Notes under the pieces: model-generated
Seen by the model: only the letters and a program-made list of their open reading frames with translations
Told to the model about the DNA's origin: nothing
The model's database searches: none
Program-made: the position numbers and the translations under genes
Source: Malacoraja senta
Lineage: Eukaryota
Direction of reading: 5' to 3'
NCBI GenBank assembly: GCA_038087875.1
Contig: CM075999.1
Coordinates: 1,180,001-1,244,000, forward strand
Length of the DNA: 64,000 nt
Shown here: piece after piece, positions 1 to 12,459 of the stretch
How positions within the stretch are numbered: position 1 is the first letter of the stretch
How the letters are laid out: each line of letters opens with the position of its first letter

Positions 1-240
1 GTCTTCCAAATAGTTGGGGAGTGTAATCATGAAGGAGCCATTAGATAGCCGTGGGGAATAAACCTTCTCACCGTTTTCCCTGATGGTGCTCTCTCTACCT
101 CAGTGGTAATTTTATGGGAACATACAGATTCTAAAAGTGCTTTCATGTTTACTCTAGAGATAATTTAGACATTACACCGGTGACTACATTTCAGAAGTAC
201 TTCATTAGCTGCATAATGTGAGAGGGTGTCTGGAAGTCCT

Positions 241-530
241 AGTTTTTGCAGATACAGCACGGAAACAGGCCCTTCGGCCCACCGAGTCCCCACCAACCAG
301 CGATCCCTGCAAACATTCACACTACCCTACACACACTAGGCACAATTGTACATTTATGCCAAGCCAATTAACCTACAAACCTGTACGCCTTTGGAGTGTG
401 GGAGGAAACCGAAGATCTTGGAGAAAATCCACGCAGGTCACGGAGAGAACTTATAAACTCCGTACAGACGAAAACCTGTAAGTCAGGATCGAACCTGGGT
501 CTCTGGCCCTGTCAGGCATTATCTCTGCCC
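241..530 (-). mobile_element. HE1-like tRNA-derived V-SINE (5' end decayed)
   Basis: Reverse complement matches the abundant SINE of this window: gacccaggttcgatcctgact (box B), V-domain ggtttcctcccacactccaaag, CR1-like tail gggccgaagggcctgtttcc. Confidence 0.85.
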
Positions 531-1180
531 TTAATGCAGGGAGGATAAATGCAGAGATGATGTTTCCTTGGCTGACAAATCTAAGATCAGGGGACATAGC
601 TTCTGAATAAGGAGTGCGCAGTTTAAGGCTGAGATAAAGGTAGTACAGAAGCTCAAACTCAAATGAAGTATCAAATTGTGCGCTCCTTTTGGATTTGTGC
701 CATAAAGCAAATCAACAATAAAACATGGACTTACAGCCACCTTTGAGAAAGTACAGAGGAAAAACAAGATAAACTAAACCAAATTAAACAGCTAGAAATA
801 TTGTTCTCAATTTCAGTCAATTTCTCCCCTTCGTTACAATGGTCCTACAGTAGTGGCTGCAGGTGCTACCTGCTACAGGTTCAACAAACAGCCTGACAGC
901 TCGCTGTGTCTTCAAGTTACTGCTCTGTGAAGCTGAAGTCAATGCTTCATCCCACGCTCAGAAAAATCCAGTAATGGCTTAACTTACTGACAGATGTGGC
1001 CGCATCTCAATGGGTGATCTGCCAATTACATTTTTTTTTTAACCCGAGCTGAAAACTTTTATTCGATGAGGTTAAGTTTGTGAATTAAACACAAATTTCC
1101 TGGCAACCCACTCAAGGAAAGGAAGCACGCAACGCAGCAGTGTCAAAGCGGAGGGATGGTGGGAAAAGAATGAAGAATAA

Positions 1181-1285
1181 AGGGTGGCACGGTGTCGCAG
1201 CGGTAGAGTTGCTGCCAGAGACCCGGGTTCGATGCTGACTACGGGTGCTGCCTGTACGGAGTTTGTGCGTTCTCCCTGTGACTGT
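1181..1285 (+). mobile_element. HE1-like SINE, 5' part only
   Basis: gggtggcacggtgtcgcagcggtagagttgctgcc...gggttcgatgctgactacggg; stops where the duplicated block begins. Confidence 0.8.
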
Positions 1286-1288
1286 CCG

Positions 1289-2020
1289 TTACTTCCAATG
1301 TGAGACTAAAAGAATCTCTACAGTGGATCTAAAAGATGATTTCATCCTAAGGAGTGGATGGGAGAGATTATAAAAGCTCGATTCTCTCTTCGATCCGAGC
1401 ATGTTTTCCAGCAGAAGCAAAATAAATAACCATGAGAAACAGGAACCCTAGGTAGATGTTTTATCCTTCCTTGGGTATGAACAAAGGAAATGGTGGTGTC
1501 ATGAAATCATTGGAGCTAAGATGAACTAATTCAGCACACAGCGTGGACTGCTGTTCATTGTGCAAGGCCTAATACCATTATTAATGTGTTACAATACCTT
1601 ATAACATAAGTATGTTATGTTATAAGGTAGCATAATACCTATTATATTATGGTATGGACATATTTACAGAATTACAGGCAGGACGCATAGCAGGGCGGCA
1701 CAGTGGCACAGCTGTAGGGTTGTTGTCTTACAGTGCCCGAGTCCCGGGTTCGACTGCAGGTGCTGTCTGTACGGAGTTTGCACGTTCACCCTGTGACTGC
1801 GTGGGTTTTCTTTGGGTGCTCCATTTTTCTCCTACCTTTCAAAGATGTGCAGGATTGTAGATTAATTGGCTCCTGTAAATTGCCCCTAGTGTGCAGGATG
1901 CGGAAACAGGATAACGTGGAACTAGTGTGCAGGTGATTAATGGTCTGGGTGGTGATTAATGGTGATTAATGAGCTTCTTTGGCCCACTGAGTCCACGCCG
2001 TATCTCTATACTAAACTAAA
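1289..2020 (+). repeat. Local duplication, copy 1 (about 400 bp unique sequence plus SINE)
   Basis: ttacttccaatgtgagact...gaattacaggcaggac recurs almost identically from 7570; each copy is followed by an HE1-like SINE. Confidence 0.9.
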
Positions 2021-2034
2021 TAAATCACTTGCAG

Positions 2035-2242
2035 AAACAAGGAACTACAGATGCTGGTTTATACCAAAGATAAACGCAAAGTGCTGGAGTAACTCAGCGG
2101 GCCAGGCAGCATCTCTGGAGAGAAAGGATGGGTGATGTTTCGAGTCTGAAGAAGAAGGGTCCTGACATGAAACATCCTCCATCCTTTGTCTCCAGAGATG
2201 CTTCCTGACCTGCAGAGTAACGCCAGCACTTTGTGTCTATCA
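2035..2242. mobile_element. Penelope-derived inverted-repeat (hairpin) insert
   Basis: Arm tgctggagtaactcagcgggccaggcagcatctctggag followed by its reverse complement, with ctgaagaag...gaaac in the middle. Confidence 0.75.
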
Positions 2243-3814
2243 TAAGTAAATCACTTGCCAGGGATCCATCCAAAGAGTTTGGAGCAACCGCAGATGCGTG
2301 TTTACAAAAAAAAACCACAATGTCGGGATGTAAGTCTGTCAGGCATTGTTTCTGGAGAACAAAGCAAGGTGATGTTTTGTGTCGGCACCCTTCTTCAGAC
2401 TGATTCTAGTAGGGGGGGGGGGAAGAAACGTCACCTATCCATGTCCTCCAGAGAGACTGCCTAACCTATTGAGTTACTCCAGCACTTAGTTTGTTTTCAT
2501 TCAATGAGTCTCATGAAATGGGACACTGTAAATGGCTCGATTGTAATCATGTATTGTCATAAGGTAATAAGGCCATAAGGAATGGGAGTAGAATTAGGCC
2601 ATTCGGCCCATCAAGTCTACTCTGCCATTCAATCATGGCTGATCTATCTCTCCCTCCTAACCCCATTCTCCAGCTTTCTCCCCGTAACCTCTGACACCTG
2701 TACTAATCAAGAAATTGTCTTTCTGCTGACTGGATTGGATGCAACAAAATCTTTCCACCGTACCTCGGTACACGTGACAATAAACTAAACTGAACTGAAC
2801 TGAAAGTGGAGCAAACCATTTGATAAATGGCTAAGTTTCGGGTAATCTTCGAAGTTGATACCAAAGCTTTAAATGGGCAGTGTGTAGGAAAACTGGCAGA
2901 AGCCTTTGAACTAAAATGAATAGATATTAAATTTGAATTTGCTAATTATACTCTATTTTTACAAACAGGCCACGCACAGACGCCATACGAGGGCCTCAGT
3001 AATGACAGTCAGAAATATTTTTTTCTGCAGCTAATTTCCTGAGTAGGAATGATTGCAAAGCAATTTTATCTCTAGCTTTGAAATTACATTTAATGAGTTC
3101 AATTATCAGTGAATTAGAGATTACCAAGTGTCACCAAGAATTCTTGCAGACAGAGCCTGGCTTTGCAGGTTCAGCTGCCTATAATTAATAATTATAATGA
3201 ATCATTTGCAAATTTAGCTTGTGCAGAGGCAATAGAAAATGTTGTGAGCCAGTAATATCCTTGGTGTTTAAGAAGTGGATAAAGTTTGCCCTGTGTAAGA
3301 AGGAACTGCAGATGCTGGTTTGCACTGAAGGTTGACACACAAAGATGGAGTAACTCTGTTGGTCAGGCAGCATCTTTGGTCAAAAGGAATAGGGGACATG
3401 TCGGGTCGAGACCCTTCTTCAGAAAGTTTGCTCTGTTAGGTTCACAAATTGTATTTGTTCAGTAAGAAGCTCTCTGAATAGAAGGATTGGCTTTCAAGTT
3501 TCGTTCCAGATAACTTAGCATCATGTAGTGAAGTCCTAGGTGTAGGGTTGCTGGTAATTCCAAGGAATCACCAGGACAGCCCCAACTCCTTATAAGAAGA
3601 AGAATGCAAAGTCATCAAATGATAATGTGGTTGGGGTTGTGTAGGAACATTTTCACCAAATAAGAGTTTCTTGTAAAGGTTGGTAACCATTGATCTTTCC
3701 AAGGTATCACAGCACCTTTCCAAGATGTCCCTTATCAATGAGATGACAACAGCAGGCTGCCTGCATTAATATTTGCTCCACATTTGTCTCCAAGTTGCTG
3801 ATACCATACTCAAG

Positions 3815-4103
3815 AGAGTTCAAGTGTTCAAGAGAGTTCAAGAGAGTTTGTTGTCATGTGTCCCTGATAGGACAATGAAATTCTTGCTTTGCTTTAGCAC
3901 ACTAGAATATAGTAGGCACGAATACAGAACAGATCAGTGTGTCCATATACCAATGTATAAATATATACACACATGAATAAATAAACTGATAAAGTGCAAA
4001 TAAACAGATAATGGGCTATTAATGTTCAGAGTTTTGTCCGAGCCGTGTTTAATAGCCTGATGGCTGTGGGGAAGTAGCTATTCCTGAACCTGGTCGTTGT
4101 AGT
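3815..4103 (-). mobile_element. Rex1/Babar-type LINE 3' fragment
   Basis: Minus strand reads TTRFRNSYFPTAIRLLN, matching the C-terminus of the 10104-11336 RT ORF ([18 protein letters not shown]), followed by a 3' UTR. Confidence 0.7.
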
Positions 4104-4564
4104 CCTCTCGAAGGATTGATTAGTACGGGCGTCAGGGGTTACTGGGAGGAGGCAGGAGAATGGGGTTGAGAGGGAAAGGTAGATCAACCATAATTGAATG
4201 GCGGAGTAGTCTTGATGGATCGAATGGCCTAATTCTTCTCCTATGTCTTCTGGTCTTAGTTGAAGAGTAACTTATGAACTCATGAATGCCATCTCACCTT
4301 AGAAATACACCACCAATTTTGGCTCAAAATGCTAGAAATCACTCCTTCTCAGAACTGGGATCATTTCATCAAAAGTACCACCAAAGCTCACCAACTTCTC
4401 GGGAACCTTCTAGGGAGCTGACCTTGACCTTGCAGGTCCCAGGCACCAACTGGTACACGCCTCTTCAGGAACATAATCTCAGGTAAAGTTCAGTCCAGGC
4501 AGAGCTCAAATGTTCAGCTGAAGTTCTGTTTATCTCTCAGTTTAATTAACATTGCTGCACGACC

Positions 4565-5015
4565 CTGCTTTATGAGGATGTTGCCAGGTCTTGAAGGTCA
4601 GGTTTGGAGACAGGTTGGGCAGGCTCAGACTTTATTCCTTAGAGCACTGGAGGACGAGGGATGATCTTATAGAAGTGTACAAAATCATGAGAGGAATAGA
4701 TAGGGTGAATGCACAAGAGTCTTTTACTCAGACCAGGGGAATCAAGAATATTGGATGAAGGGGATATAGGTTTAAGGTGAGTGTGGTGGGTATATGGGAA
4801 GAGCTGTCAGAGGAAGTAGATGAGGCAGGTACTATAACAACATATAAAAGACATCTGGAAAGGTACATGGTTTAGATGGAAAGGTTTAGTTGAATAAGGG
4901 CCAAATGCGGGGCAGGGCGGACTAGCGTGGTTGGGGCACCTTGGTTGGTTTGGACAAGTTGGGCCAAATGGTCTTTTTCCATGCTGTGTGTCTCCATAAA
5001 TGTATGACCCTATGA
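4565..5015 (+). mobile_element. CR1 (HER1-like) LINE 3' fragment, decayed
   Basis: aggatgttgccagg...gatcttatagaagtgtacaaaatcatgagaggaatagat (RMLPG...DLIEVYKIMRGID) with tail ctatgac. Confidence 0.8.
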
Positions 5016-5417
5016 CATCTTTATCATCACTGGGTTAAACTTGAGTGAATTCCAGGAAAAGCAGATTCTCCAAGACTTCCACCCACTCACTGGAAGGCAG
5101 CAACAGTTTTGAGTTTGAGTTTGAGTTTGAGTTTGGTTTATTGTCACATGTACCGAGGTACAGCAAAAAGCCTTAGTTGCATGCCAACCAGTCAGCGGAA
5201 AGGCAGTACATGTTTACAATTGAGCCATCCACAGTGTACAGATACATGGTAAACGGAATGATGTGATTAACATGTAGTGTTAAAGATAGAGATCAACGGA
5301 TCACAGTTTCCACCATTTGCCTCCAAATTGAACACACCATCCCATCTTGGAATATCTCACCAAAGCCCCTAAATCCCTTCCTCCAAAAAACTGTGGGGGA
5401 AAAACCTTCACGACAAG

Positions 5418-5817
5418 CAAAGATCCTATAGCGAGCAAGATAGATCACTCGACGAAAAAGACGTAGTACGGTCATGGGCAGATTCATAGGTAATTTTCGG
5501 CCCCATGTCCGTAACCGGCTTCCGTCTCCGCACCAAAGATCCCATAGCGGAGCAAAGATAACTAGTGCGGAGACGGAAGCCGGTTACGGAAACATCCTCG
5601 TAAAAATAAAAGTTCTTTGATAAAAATCTTCTCCTCATTTTCAGAATTATAATTTACTAACACAAACTGTTCCCCCGCAACGTTGATTACACTGCGAGTC
5701 GGGTCGGGTTACTGAAATGGATGAAAAAAAGGCCCACGTTCCGCTCCGTTGTGTACTACACGTCAGCCCATTGCATTTAGAAGGAGTGGTCTATCTTGCT
5801 CCGCTATAGGATCTTTG
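5418..5817. mobile_element. 400-bp MITE with CAAAG termini and 8-bp TSD (P-element- or hAT-type)
   Basis: Left TIR caaagatcctatagcgagcaagatagatcactc; right TIR gagtggtctatcttgctccgctataggatctttg; exact TSD acgacaag at 5410-5417 and 5818-5825. Confidence 0.9.
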
Positions 5818-6687
5818 ACGACAAGGACTGAAATGCAATGGTTCTAAAAGATGTTTGCTTCGAAATGTTGCCTTTTTTTTCCAATCGTACACTGAGTATG
5901 AAGAGACCACCGACTATTACATCAACTTTCCTTCCCAGACTTCACTCTGGGTTATCCAAGTCTTTTGCAGCAATCGATTTGGTTCTGTCTGAAGCACATT
6001 AGGAAATAAAGAAGCGTTGTCAAAGTTTGCTCAAGGGCATCATTGCACTGTTAACAATATCTATCCAGTTGGCCTACATGAGTAACTATTTTCCAACATG
6101 AGCCTTAAAAGGAACATCTTGTATTTTATTCAACACTTGTTATAACCTCGGGACACAAGATGCTTTGCATCCAACATAGCACATTTTCAATATAACTACA
6201 CAGATTAAAAAAAAACAGCCAATAGATTTTGTGTCAATCTTCGGTGTTAACCAACATCTGCTGTTCCTTCTTACACATGCTAACAATCTGCTTTAATATT
6301 AATGATTGAGAATTAAACATTACTTTGGATACATTTTCCTTGAACTTCGTCCCCTTTGATCTCTCGTTTTCACACCTTAACCTTCCATATCTCTATGTCT
6401 CCCTCGCCCATAACTCTCAGTCTGAAGAAGGGTTACGACCTGAGACGTCACCTATTCCTTTTCTCCAGAGATGCTGCCTGACCTGCTGAGTTACTCCAGA
6501 TTTCCGTGTCTATCTTCGGTACAAAAAAAACAGCATCTGCAGTTCCTTCTGCACAATGGCTAAACGTTCGCTGGTGAAAAAGATGCACATCAGTGATAAT
6601 GGGGTGAATCTATTGAATCACAATGGAGTATCACATCAATGCAGAGTGTAATCCCCTCTGGCTATCAGGGATGTTAGAAGAGGAGGT

Positions 6688-7169
6688 ACACAAAAATGCT
6701 GGAGAAACTCAGCGGGTGCAGCAGCATCTATGGAGCGAAGGAAATAGGTAATGTTTCGGGCCGAAACCCTTCTTCAGACTGATAGGGGGTGGGGAGAAGA
6801 AAGGAAAAAAGGACAAAGGCGGAGGAGGAGCCCGAGGGCTGGGGGAGGGGAGGAGACAACCAGATGGCTGATGAAGGGGAGGGGACAGCCAGGGCTAGCA
6901 GAATTGGGAGAATTCAATGTTGAGGCCCCCAGGATGTAGACTGCCCAAGCGGAATATGAGGTGCATTTCCTCCAATTTACGGTGTTGCTCGCTGTGGCCA
7001 TGGAGGAGACCCAGGACAGAGAGGTCAGATACGGAATGGGAGGGGGAGTTGAAGTGCTGAGCCACCGGGAGTTCAGGTTGGTTATTGCGGACCGACCGGA
7101 GGTGTTCGGCGAAACGATCGCCAAGCCTCCGCTTGGTCTCACCGATGTAGATCAGCTGGCATCTAGAGC
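6688..7169 (-). mobile_element. 5'-truncated Penelope-like element (GIY-YIG endonuclease C-terminus plus terminal repeat)
   Basis: Minus frame 7170->6895 (not in the ORF track) reads CSRCQLIYIGETKRRLGDRFAEHLRSV...HFNSPSH...EEMHLIFRLGSLHPGGLNIEFSQFC*; 17-bp TSD atgttagaagaggaggt at 6671-6687 and 7170-7186. Confidence 0.92.
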
Positions 7170-7569
7170 ATGTTAGAAGAGGAGGTGCGTTTGGGCTAGA
7201 GATCCTGCCTGTCCCACTGAGTTACTCCAGCATTTTGTGTTTGTTATTAGTTAGGATACTGCAGAGAACCTCAGAAGCAAAAAGGAGCTTAGTTGAACAA
7301 TTTATCTGACAGAGTAGCTCACCCTTGCTGAACATTGCTCTCAATTATGCTCCTGATGTGGCACCAACAAGGAGGCACAAGTTAGAGTACTGTTACTCAC
7401 TGAGGCATGGCAGACTACTGCAAATTCATGGTGTGGTGCAGCAGGGCTAAACCAGACCACATGAGAAGTAATGTCATTTGTGGACCTATCCTAAGACTGT
7501 AACACAAGTCCCTGAATCAGGATTTGAACCAACAGCCCCTGCCTGACCTCGAGTTAAGAGCCAAGCCCA

Positions 7570-8270
7570 TTACTTTCAATGTGAGACTATAAAGAATCTC
7601 TACAGTGGATTCTAAAAGATGATTTCATCCTAAGGAGTGGATGGGAGAGATTATAAAAGCTCGATTCTCTCTACGATCCGTGCATGTTTTCCAGCAGAAG
7701 CAAAATAAATAACCATGAGAAACAGGAACCCTGGGTAGATGTTTTATCCTTCCTTGGGTATGAACAAAGAAAATGGTGGTGTCATGAAATCATTGGAGCT
7801 AAGATGAACTAATTCAGCACACAGCATGGACTGCTGTTCATTGTGCAAGGCTTAGTACCATTATTAATGTGTTACAATACCTTATAACATAGGCATGTTA
7901 TGTTATAAGATAACATAATACCTATTATATTATGGTATGGACATATTTACAGAATTACAGGCAGGACTCATAGAAAGGCGACACAATGGCGCAGCTGTAG
8001 AGTTCTTGCCTCACCGAGCCCGAGTCCCGGGTTCAATCCTGACTACGGGTGCTGTCTGTATGGAGTTTGTACGTTCTCCCTGTGACCACGTGGGTTTTCT
8101 CCAGTTGCTCCGGTTTCCTCCCACATTCCAAAGACATGCAGGTTTGTCGGCTAATTGGCTTCTATAAATTGTCCCTAGTGTGTAGGATAGAGCTATTGTA
8201 TGTGGATCGCAGGTGGGCGCAGACTCTTGGGCTGAAGGCCCTGACTCCGTGCTGTATCTGTGTCTCTAAA
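7570..8270 (+). repeat. Local duplication, copy 2 (unique block plus HE1-like SINE about 7977-8270)
   Basis: Direct near-identical copy of the block starting at 1289. Confidence 0.9.
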
Positions 8271-8538
8271 AGATACCACAGTGAGCACAACAAATTTGTA
8301 GCCTACATTGTTAGCACAATGTTAAAATGAAAGATTTGCATTCATTTATTAACTTTTACCTCTTTGTTTTAGGACATTTCTAAGCATTTTACACTCACGA
8401 AGCACATCTAAAACCGTTAGATAGGGTCGAGTGCATTTGTGAAGGGCACGTGCCTACAAACAGTAAAGTGGCGACTGCTAAATGATTTGTTTCCTTAGTA
8501 ATGGTGAAGGAAGGAAAGGTATCAGTCAAGAAACCAAG

Positions 8539-8843
8539 TTTAGTTGAGAGATACAGCGCGGAAACACTCCCTTCGGCCCAGCTAGTCCGTGCCGACCAGT
8601 GATCCCCGTACATTAACATTATCCTACACACAATAGGGACAGTTTGCAATTTTACCGAGCCAATTAACCTACAAACAGGTACGTCTTTGGAGTGTGGAAG
8701 GAAACTGGAGCTCCCGGGGAAAATCCATGCAGGTCACGGGGAGAAGGTACATAATCCGTATAGACAGCACCCGTGGTCAGGGTCGAGCCCGGGTCTCTGG
8801 CGCCGTAAGGCAGCAACTGTACTGCTGTACCACCGTGCCGCCC
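8539..8843 (-). mobile_element. HE1-like V-SINE, full length
   Basis: Reverse complement starts gggcggcacggtggtacagcagtacagttgctgcc and ends gctgtatctctcaactaaac. Confidence 0.88.
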
Positions 8844-8979
8844 TCTAAAGAACAAGAGAAACAAGATGATTTGTTTATTTAGTAATGATGAAGGAAGGAA
8901 CGATATCAACTTGAAATGATGCCAGGGAACACTGATGAAGTCACAATTAAACAACTCTTCCAAAGGAGGAAGTTGCCAG

Positions 8980-9450
8980 GATGTTATGAGGATGTTGCCA
9001 GGACTAGAGGGTGTGAGATATAGGGAGAGGTTGAGTAGGCTGGGACTCTATACCTTGGAGAGCAGGAGGATGAGGGGTGTTCTTATAGAGGTGTATAAAA
9101 TCACGAGAGGAATAAATCGGGTCGATGCACAGAGTCTCTTGCCCAGAGTAGGGGAATCGAGGACCAGACGACATAGGTTTAAGGTGAAGGGGGCGAAGAT
9201 TTAATAGGAATCTGAGGGGTAACTTTTTCACACAAAGGGTGCTAGGTATATGGAACGAGCTGCCAGAGGAGGTTGTTGAGGCAGGGACTATCCCAACATT
9301 TAAGAAACAGTTAGCAGGTACATGGATAGATAGGTTTGGAGGGACATGGACCAAACGCAGGCAGGTGGGACTAGTGTAGCCGGGACATGTTGGCCGGTTT
9401 GGGTAAGTTGGGCCAAAGGGCCTGGATCCACTGTATCACTCTATGACACT
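8980..9450 (+). mobile_element. CR1 LINE 3' fragment
   Basis: ORF 8935-9204 contains RMLPGLEG..YRERLSRLGLYTLE.RRMRG.LIEVYKI; 3' end gggcctg...ctctatgac. Confidence 0.88.
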
Positions 9451-9922
9451 AAGGACCCTGGCTCCTACCATTACGCTTTCTGGCACAGGGCTTTTCTGAC
9501 TATTTCTGACTTCTGACTTGCCAACTGCCGAACTGCAGCTAATACTGTTCAGCTGACAATGTTTTCACACCATGTGACACATTTCATATCTCAGCAGTAT
9601 GTGACAATATCCTTTTTAATCAGCAGCATGATGGCGGAAAAGGTTCTTTTGTTGCTAGGTTGTCAAAACAAGATAATTGTTCTGGCAGCTACATCCTGCA
9701 AATCATCTCCTGTGAAAATACTTTAGACCAGTATCCGTCAGGAAGCAGTTTTGATGCCTTGAGACATTAATCAGCACTTGCTCACAGAAGCATGCCTGGA
9801 ATGTGACCTTCTGATTCCCGTCATTGCCCAGCAAATGTGACCCTTAGTTTATTTGGTAGGGAGGGATTCATAGGTTCATAGCTTCATAAGTGATAGGAGC
9901 AGAATTAGACCATTCAGCCCAT

Positions 9923-11425
9923 TCAGATCAGATTCAGATTCAGATTCCACTTTATTGTCATTGTGCAGTGTACAGTACAGAGACAACGAAATGCAGTTAG
10001 CATCTCCCTAGAAGAGCGACATAAATATGAGCAGTAAATAAATCTATTTACGTGCATACAGTCATAGTATTTTTTTTTTCCTGGTGGGAGGAGTGATTGG
10101 CAGTCACCGAGGTACAGTGTTGAGTAGTGTAACCGCCGCAGGGAAGAAGCTGTTCCTGGACCTGCTGGTCCGGCAACGGAGAGACCTGTAGCGCCTCCCG
10201 GATGGTAGGAGGGTGAACAGTCTGTGGTTGGGCTGAGAGCAGTCCCTGACGATGCTGAGCGCCCTTCGCAGACAACGCTTGCTTTGGACAGACTCAATGG
10301 AGGGGAGTGAGGAACCGGTGATGCGTTGGGCAATTTTCACCACCCTCTGCAGTGCTTTCCGGTCGGAGACAGAGCAGTTGCCATGCCATACTGTGATACA
10401 GTTGGTAAGGATGCTCTCGATGGTGCAGCGGTAGAAGTTCACCAGAATCTGAGGAGACAGATGGACCTTCTTTAGTCTCCTCAGGACGAAGAGACGCTGG
10501 TGAGCCTTCTTGACCAGAGTTGAGGTATTGTGGGTCCAAGAGAGGTCATCGGAGATGTTGACTCCCAGGAACCTGAAGCTGGAAACACGTTCCACCTCCA
10601 TCCCGTTAATGTGGATGGGGGTGTGCGTGCCGCCCCTAGACTTCCTGAAGTCTACAATGAGCTCCTTGGTCTTCTTGGAGTTAAGGGCCAGGTTGTTGTC
10701 AGCGCACCATGCTGCTAGGAGCTGGACCTCCTCCCTATAGGCCAACTCATCGTTGTTGCTGATGAGGCCAATCACCGTTGTATCATCTGCATACTTGATG
10801 ATGGTGTTAGTACCATGTACAGGTGTGCAGTCGTAGGTGAAGAGGGAATTGAGGAGGGGGCTCAGCACACAGCCCTGTGGAACGCCGGTGTTCAGGGTGA
10901 GGGTTGAAGAGGTGTGCTTGTCTAACCTAACAGATTGGGGTCTGTTGGTTAGAAAGTCCAGTATCCAGTTGCAGAGGGAGGGGTCGATGCCCAGGTCACC
11001 GAGTTTGGTGATCAGTTTAGAGGGTATGATGGTGTTGAATGCTGAGCTGTAATCGATGAACAGCATTCTTACGTAAGTGTCTCTGTTGTCGAGGTGGGAG
11101 AGGGCAGAGTGAAGTGCCGTTGAGATGGCATCCTCCGTACTCCTGTTCTTGCAGTAGGCAAACTGATAGGGATCCAATGTGGGGGGTAGGCAGCCTTTGA
11201 GGTGTGCCAGGACCAGCCTCTCGAAGCACTTGGCGATGATGGGAGTAAGTGCAACTGGGCGGAAGTCGTTGAGGCTTGCCGCAGTGGAGTGTTTTGGCAC
11301 CGGCACGATGGAGGTGGATTTAAGGCACGTGGGCACAACTGCTTGGGCAAGTGACAGGTTGAAGATGTCAGTCCAGACGTCTGTCAGCTGCGCAGCACAG
11401 GCCCTGAGGACGCGCCCGGGGATGC
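9923..11425 (-). mobile_element. 5'-truncated Rex1/Babar non-LTR retrotransposon nested in a CR1 tail
   Basis: Uninterrupted RT frame plus 3' (tctgaa)n tail; the host CR1 sequence (gaattagaccattcagcccat | caagtctactccgccattc) is split by the insertion. Confidence 0.9.
10104..11336 (-). CDS. Reverse transcriptase (partial ORF2) of the Rex1-type LINE
   Basis: Motifs [43 protein letters not shown]; the frame stays open upstream to about 11423 ([13 protein letters not shown]). Confidence 0.9.
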   Translation of the reverse strand: MPTCLKSTSIVPVPKHSTAASLNDFRPVALTPIIAKCFERLVLAHLKGCLPPTLDPYQFAYCKNRSTEDAISTALHSALSHLDNRDTYVRMLFIDYSSAFNTIIPSKLITKLGDLGIDPSLCNWILDFLTNRPQSVRLDKHTSSTLTLNTGVPQGCVLSPLLNSLFTYDCTPVHGTNTIIKYADDTTVIGLISNNDELAYREEVQLLAAWCADNNLALNSKKTKELIVDFRKSRGGTHTPIHINGMEVERVSSFRFLGVNISDDLSWTHNTSTLVKKAHQRLFVLRRLKKVHLSPQILVNFYRCTIESILTNCITVWHGNCSVSDRKALQRVVKIAQRITGSSLPSIESVQSKRCLRRALSIVRDCSQPNHRLFTLLPSGRRYRSLRCRTSRSRNSFFPAAVTLLNTVPR

Positions 11426-11602
11426 TACATCAAGTCTACTCCGCCATTCAACCATGCCAGATCATGAGATCATAAGATCATGTGATAGGAGTAGAATTAG
11501 GCCATTCGGCCCATCAAGCCTTCTCCGCCATTCAATCATGGCTGATCTATTTCTCCCTCCTAACCCCATTCTCCTGCCTTCTCTCCATAACCTCTGACAC
11601 CC

Positions 11603-12459
11603 GCTGTCCCACTTGGGTGACCTAATCTGTGAGTTTAGAAGAGTGTCTTCGACCTTCAAACTCGCAGCGTGGTCGACACAAGGTCCTAGGAGGTCCTATG
11701 AGGTCGCTGGAACTCTCCTTCATGCTTGAGGGAAGTTCCCGAATACTCATGGCCTCAGCTAGGTCGCGGAAAATTTTTCAGCATGTTGAAATATTCTCTG
11801 CGAGTAAAATTTGGTCGGCATAGTTCTTTTGAACTCGTAGTGCAGTGGAGTGGGGTCGCTATGTAGTTACAGGCAGTCGAGGGCAGCCGTAGGCAATCTC
11901 CTTTGCTGACCGGGCATTTTGATTGGCTCATTGGAATTTCAGGCCCAGGGTAAAATGCCCGCTAAACTTTATTATACTTCTTAAAAGTGTCTCCACTACT
12001 TCTCCCCCTTCTCTCCCCCTTCTCTCCCCCTTCTCTCCCCCTTCTCTCCCCCTTCTCTCCCCCTTCTCTCCCCCTTCTCTCCCCCTTCTCTCCCCCTTCT
12101 CTCCCCCTTCTCTCCCCCTTCTCTCCCCCTTCTCTCCCCCTTCTCTCCCCCTTCTCTCCCCCTTCTCTCCCCCTTCTCTCCCCCTTCTCTCCCCCTTCTC
12201 TCCCCCTTCTCTCCCCCTTCTCTCCCCCTTCTCTCCCCCTTCTCTCCCCCTTCTCTCCCCCTTCTCTCCCCCTTCTCTCCCCCTTCTCTCCCCCTTCTCT
12301 CCCCCTTCTCTCCCCCTTCTCTCCCCCTTCTCTCCCCCTTCTCTCCCCCTTCTCTCCCCCTTCTCTCCCCCTTCTCTCCCCCTTCTCTCCCCCTTCTCTC
12401 CCCCTTCTCTCCCCCTTCTCTCCCCCTTCTCTCCCCCTTCTCTCCCCCTTCTCTCCCCC
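11603..12459. mobile_element. Harbinger/PIF-type MITE fragment (one TIR visible) ending in a minisatellite
   Basis: Starts gctgtcccacttgggtgacctaatc, the same TIR family as 14059-14627. Confidence 0.65.
12000..12459. repeat. 11-bp polypyrimidine minisatellite (TTCTCTCCCCC)n, about 42 copies
   Basis: Homogeneous tandem array read directly. Confidence 0.97.
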
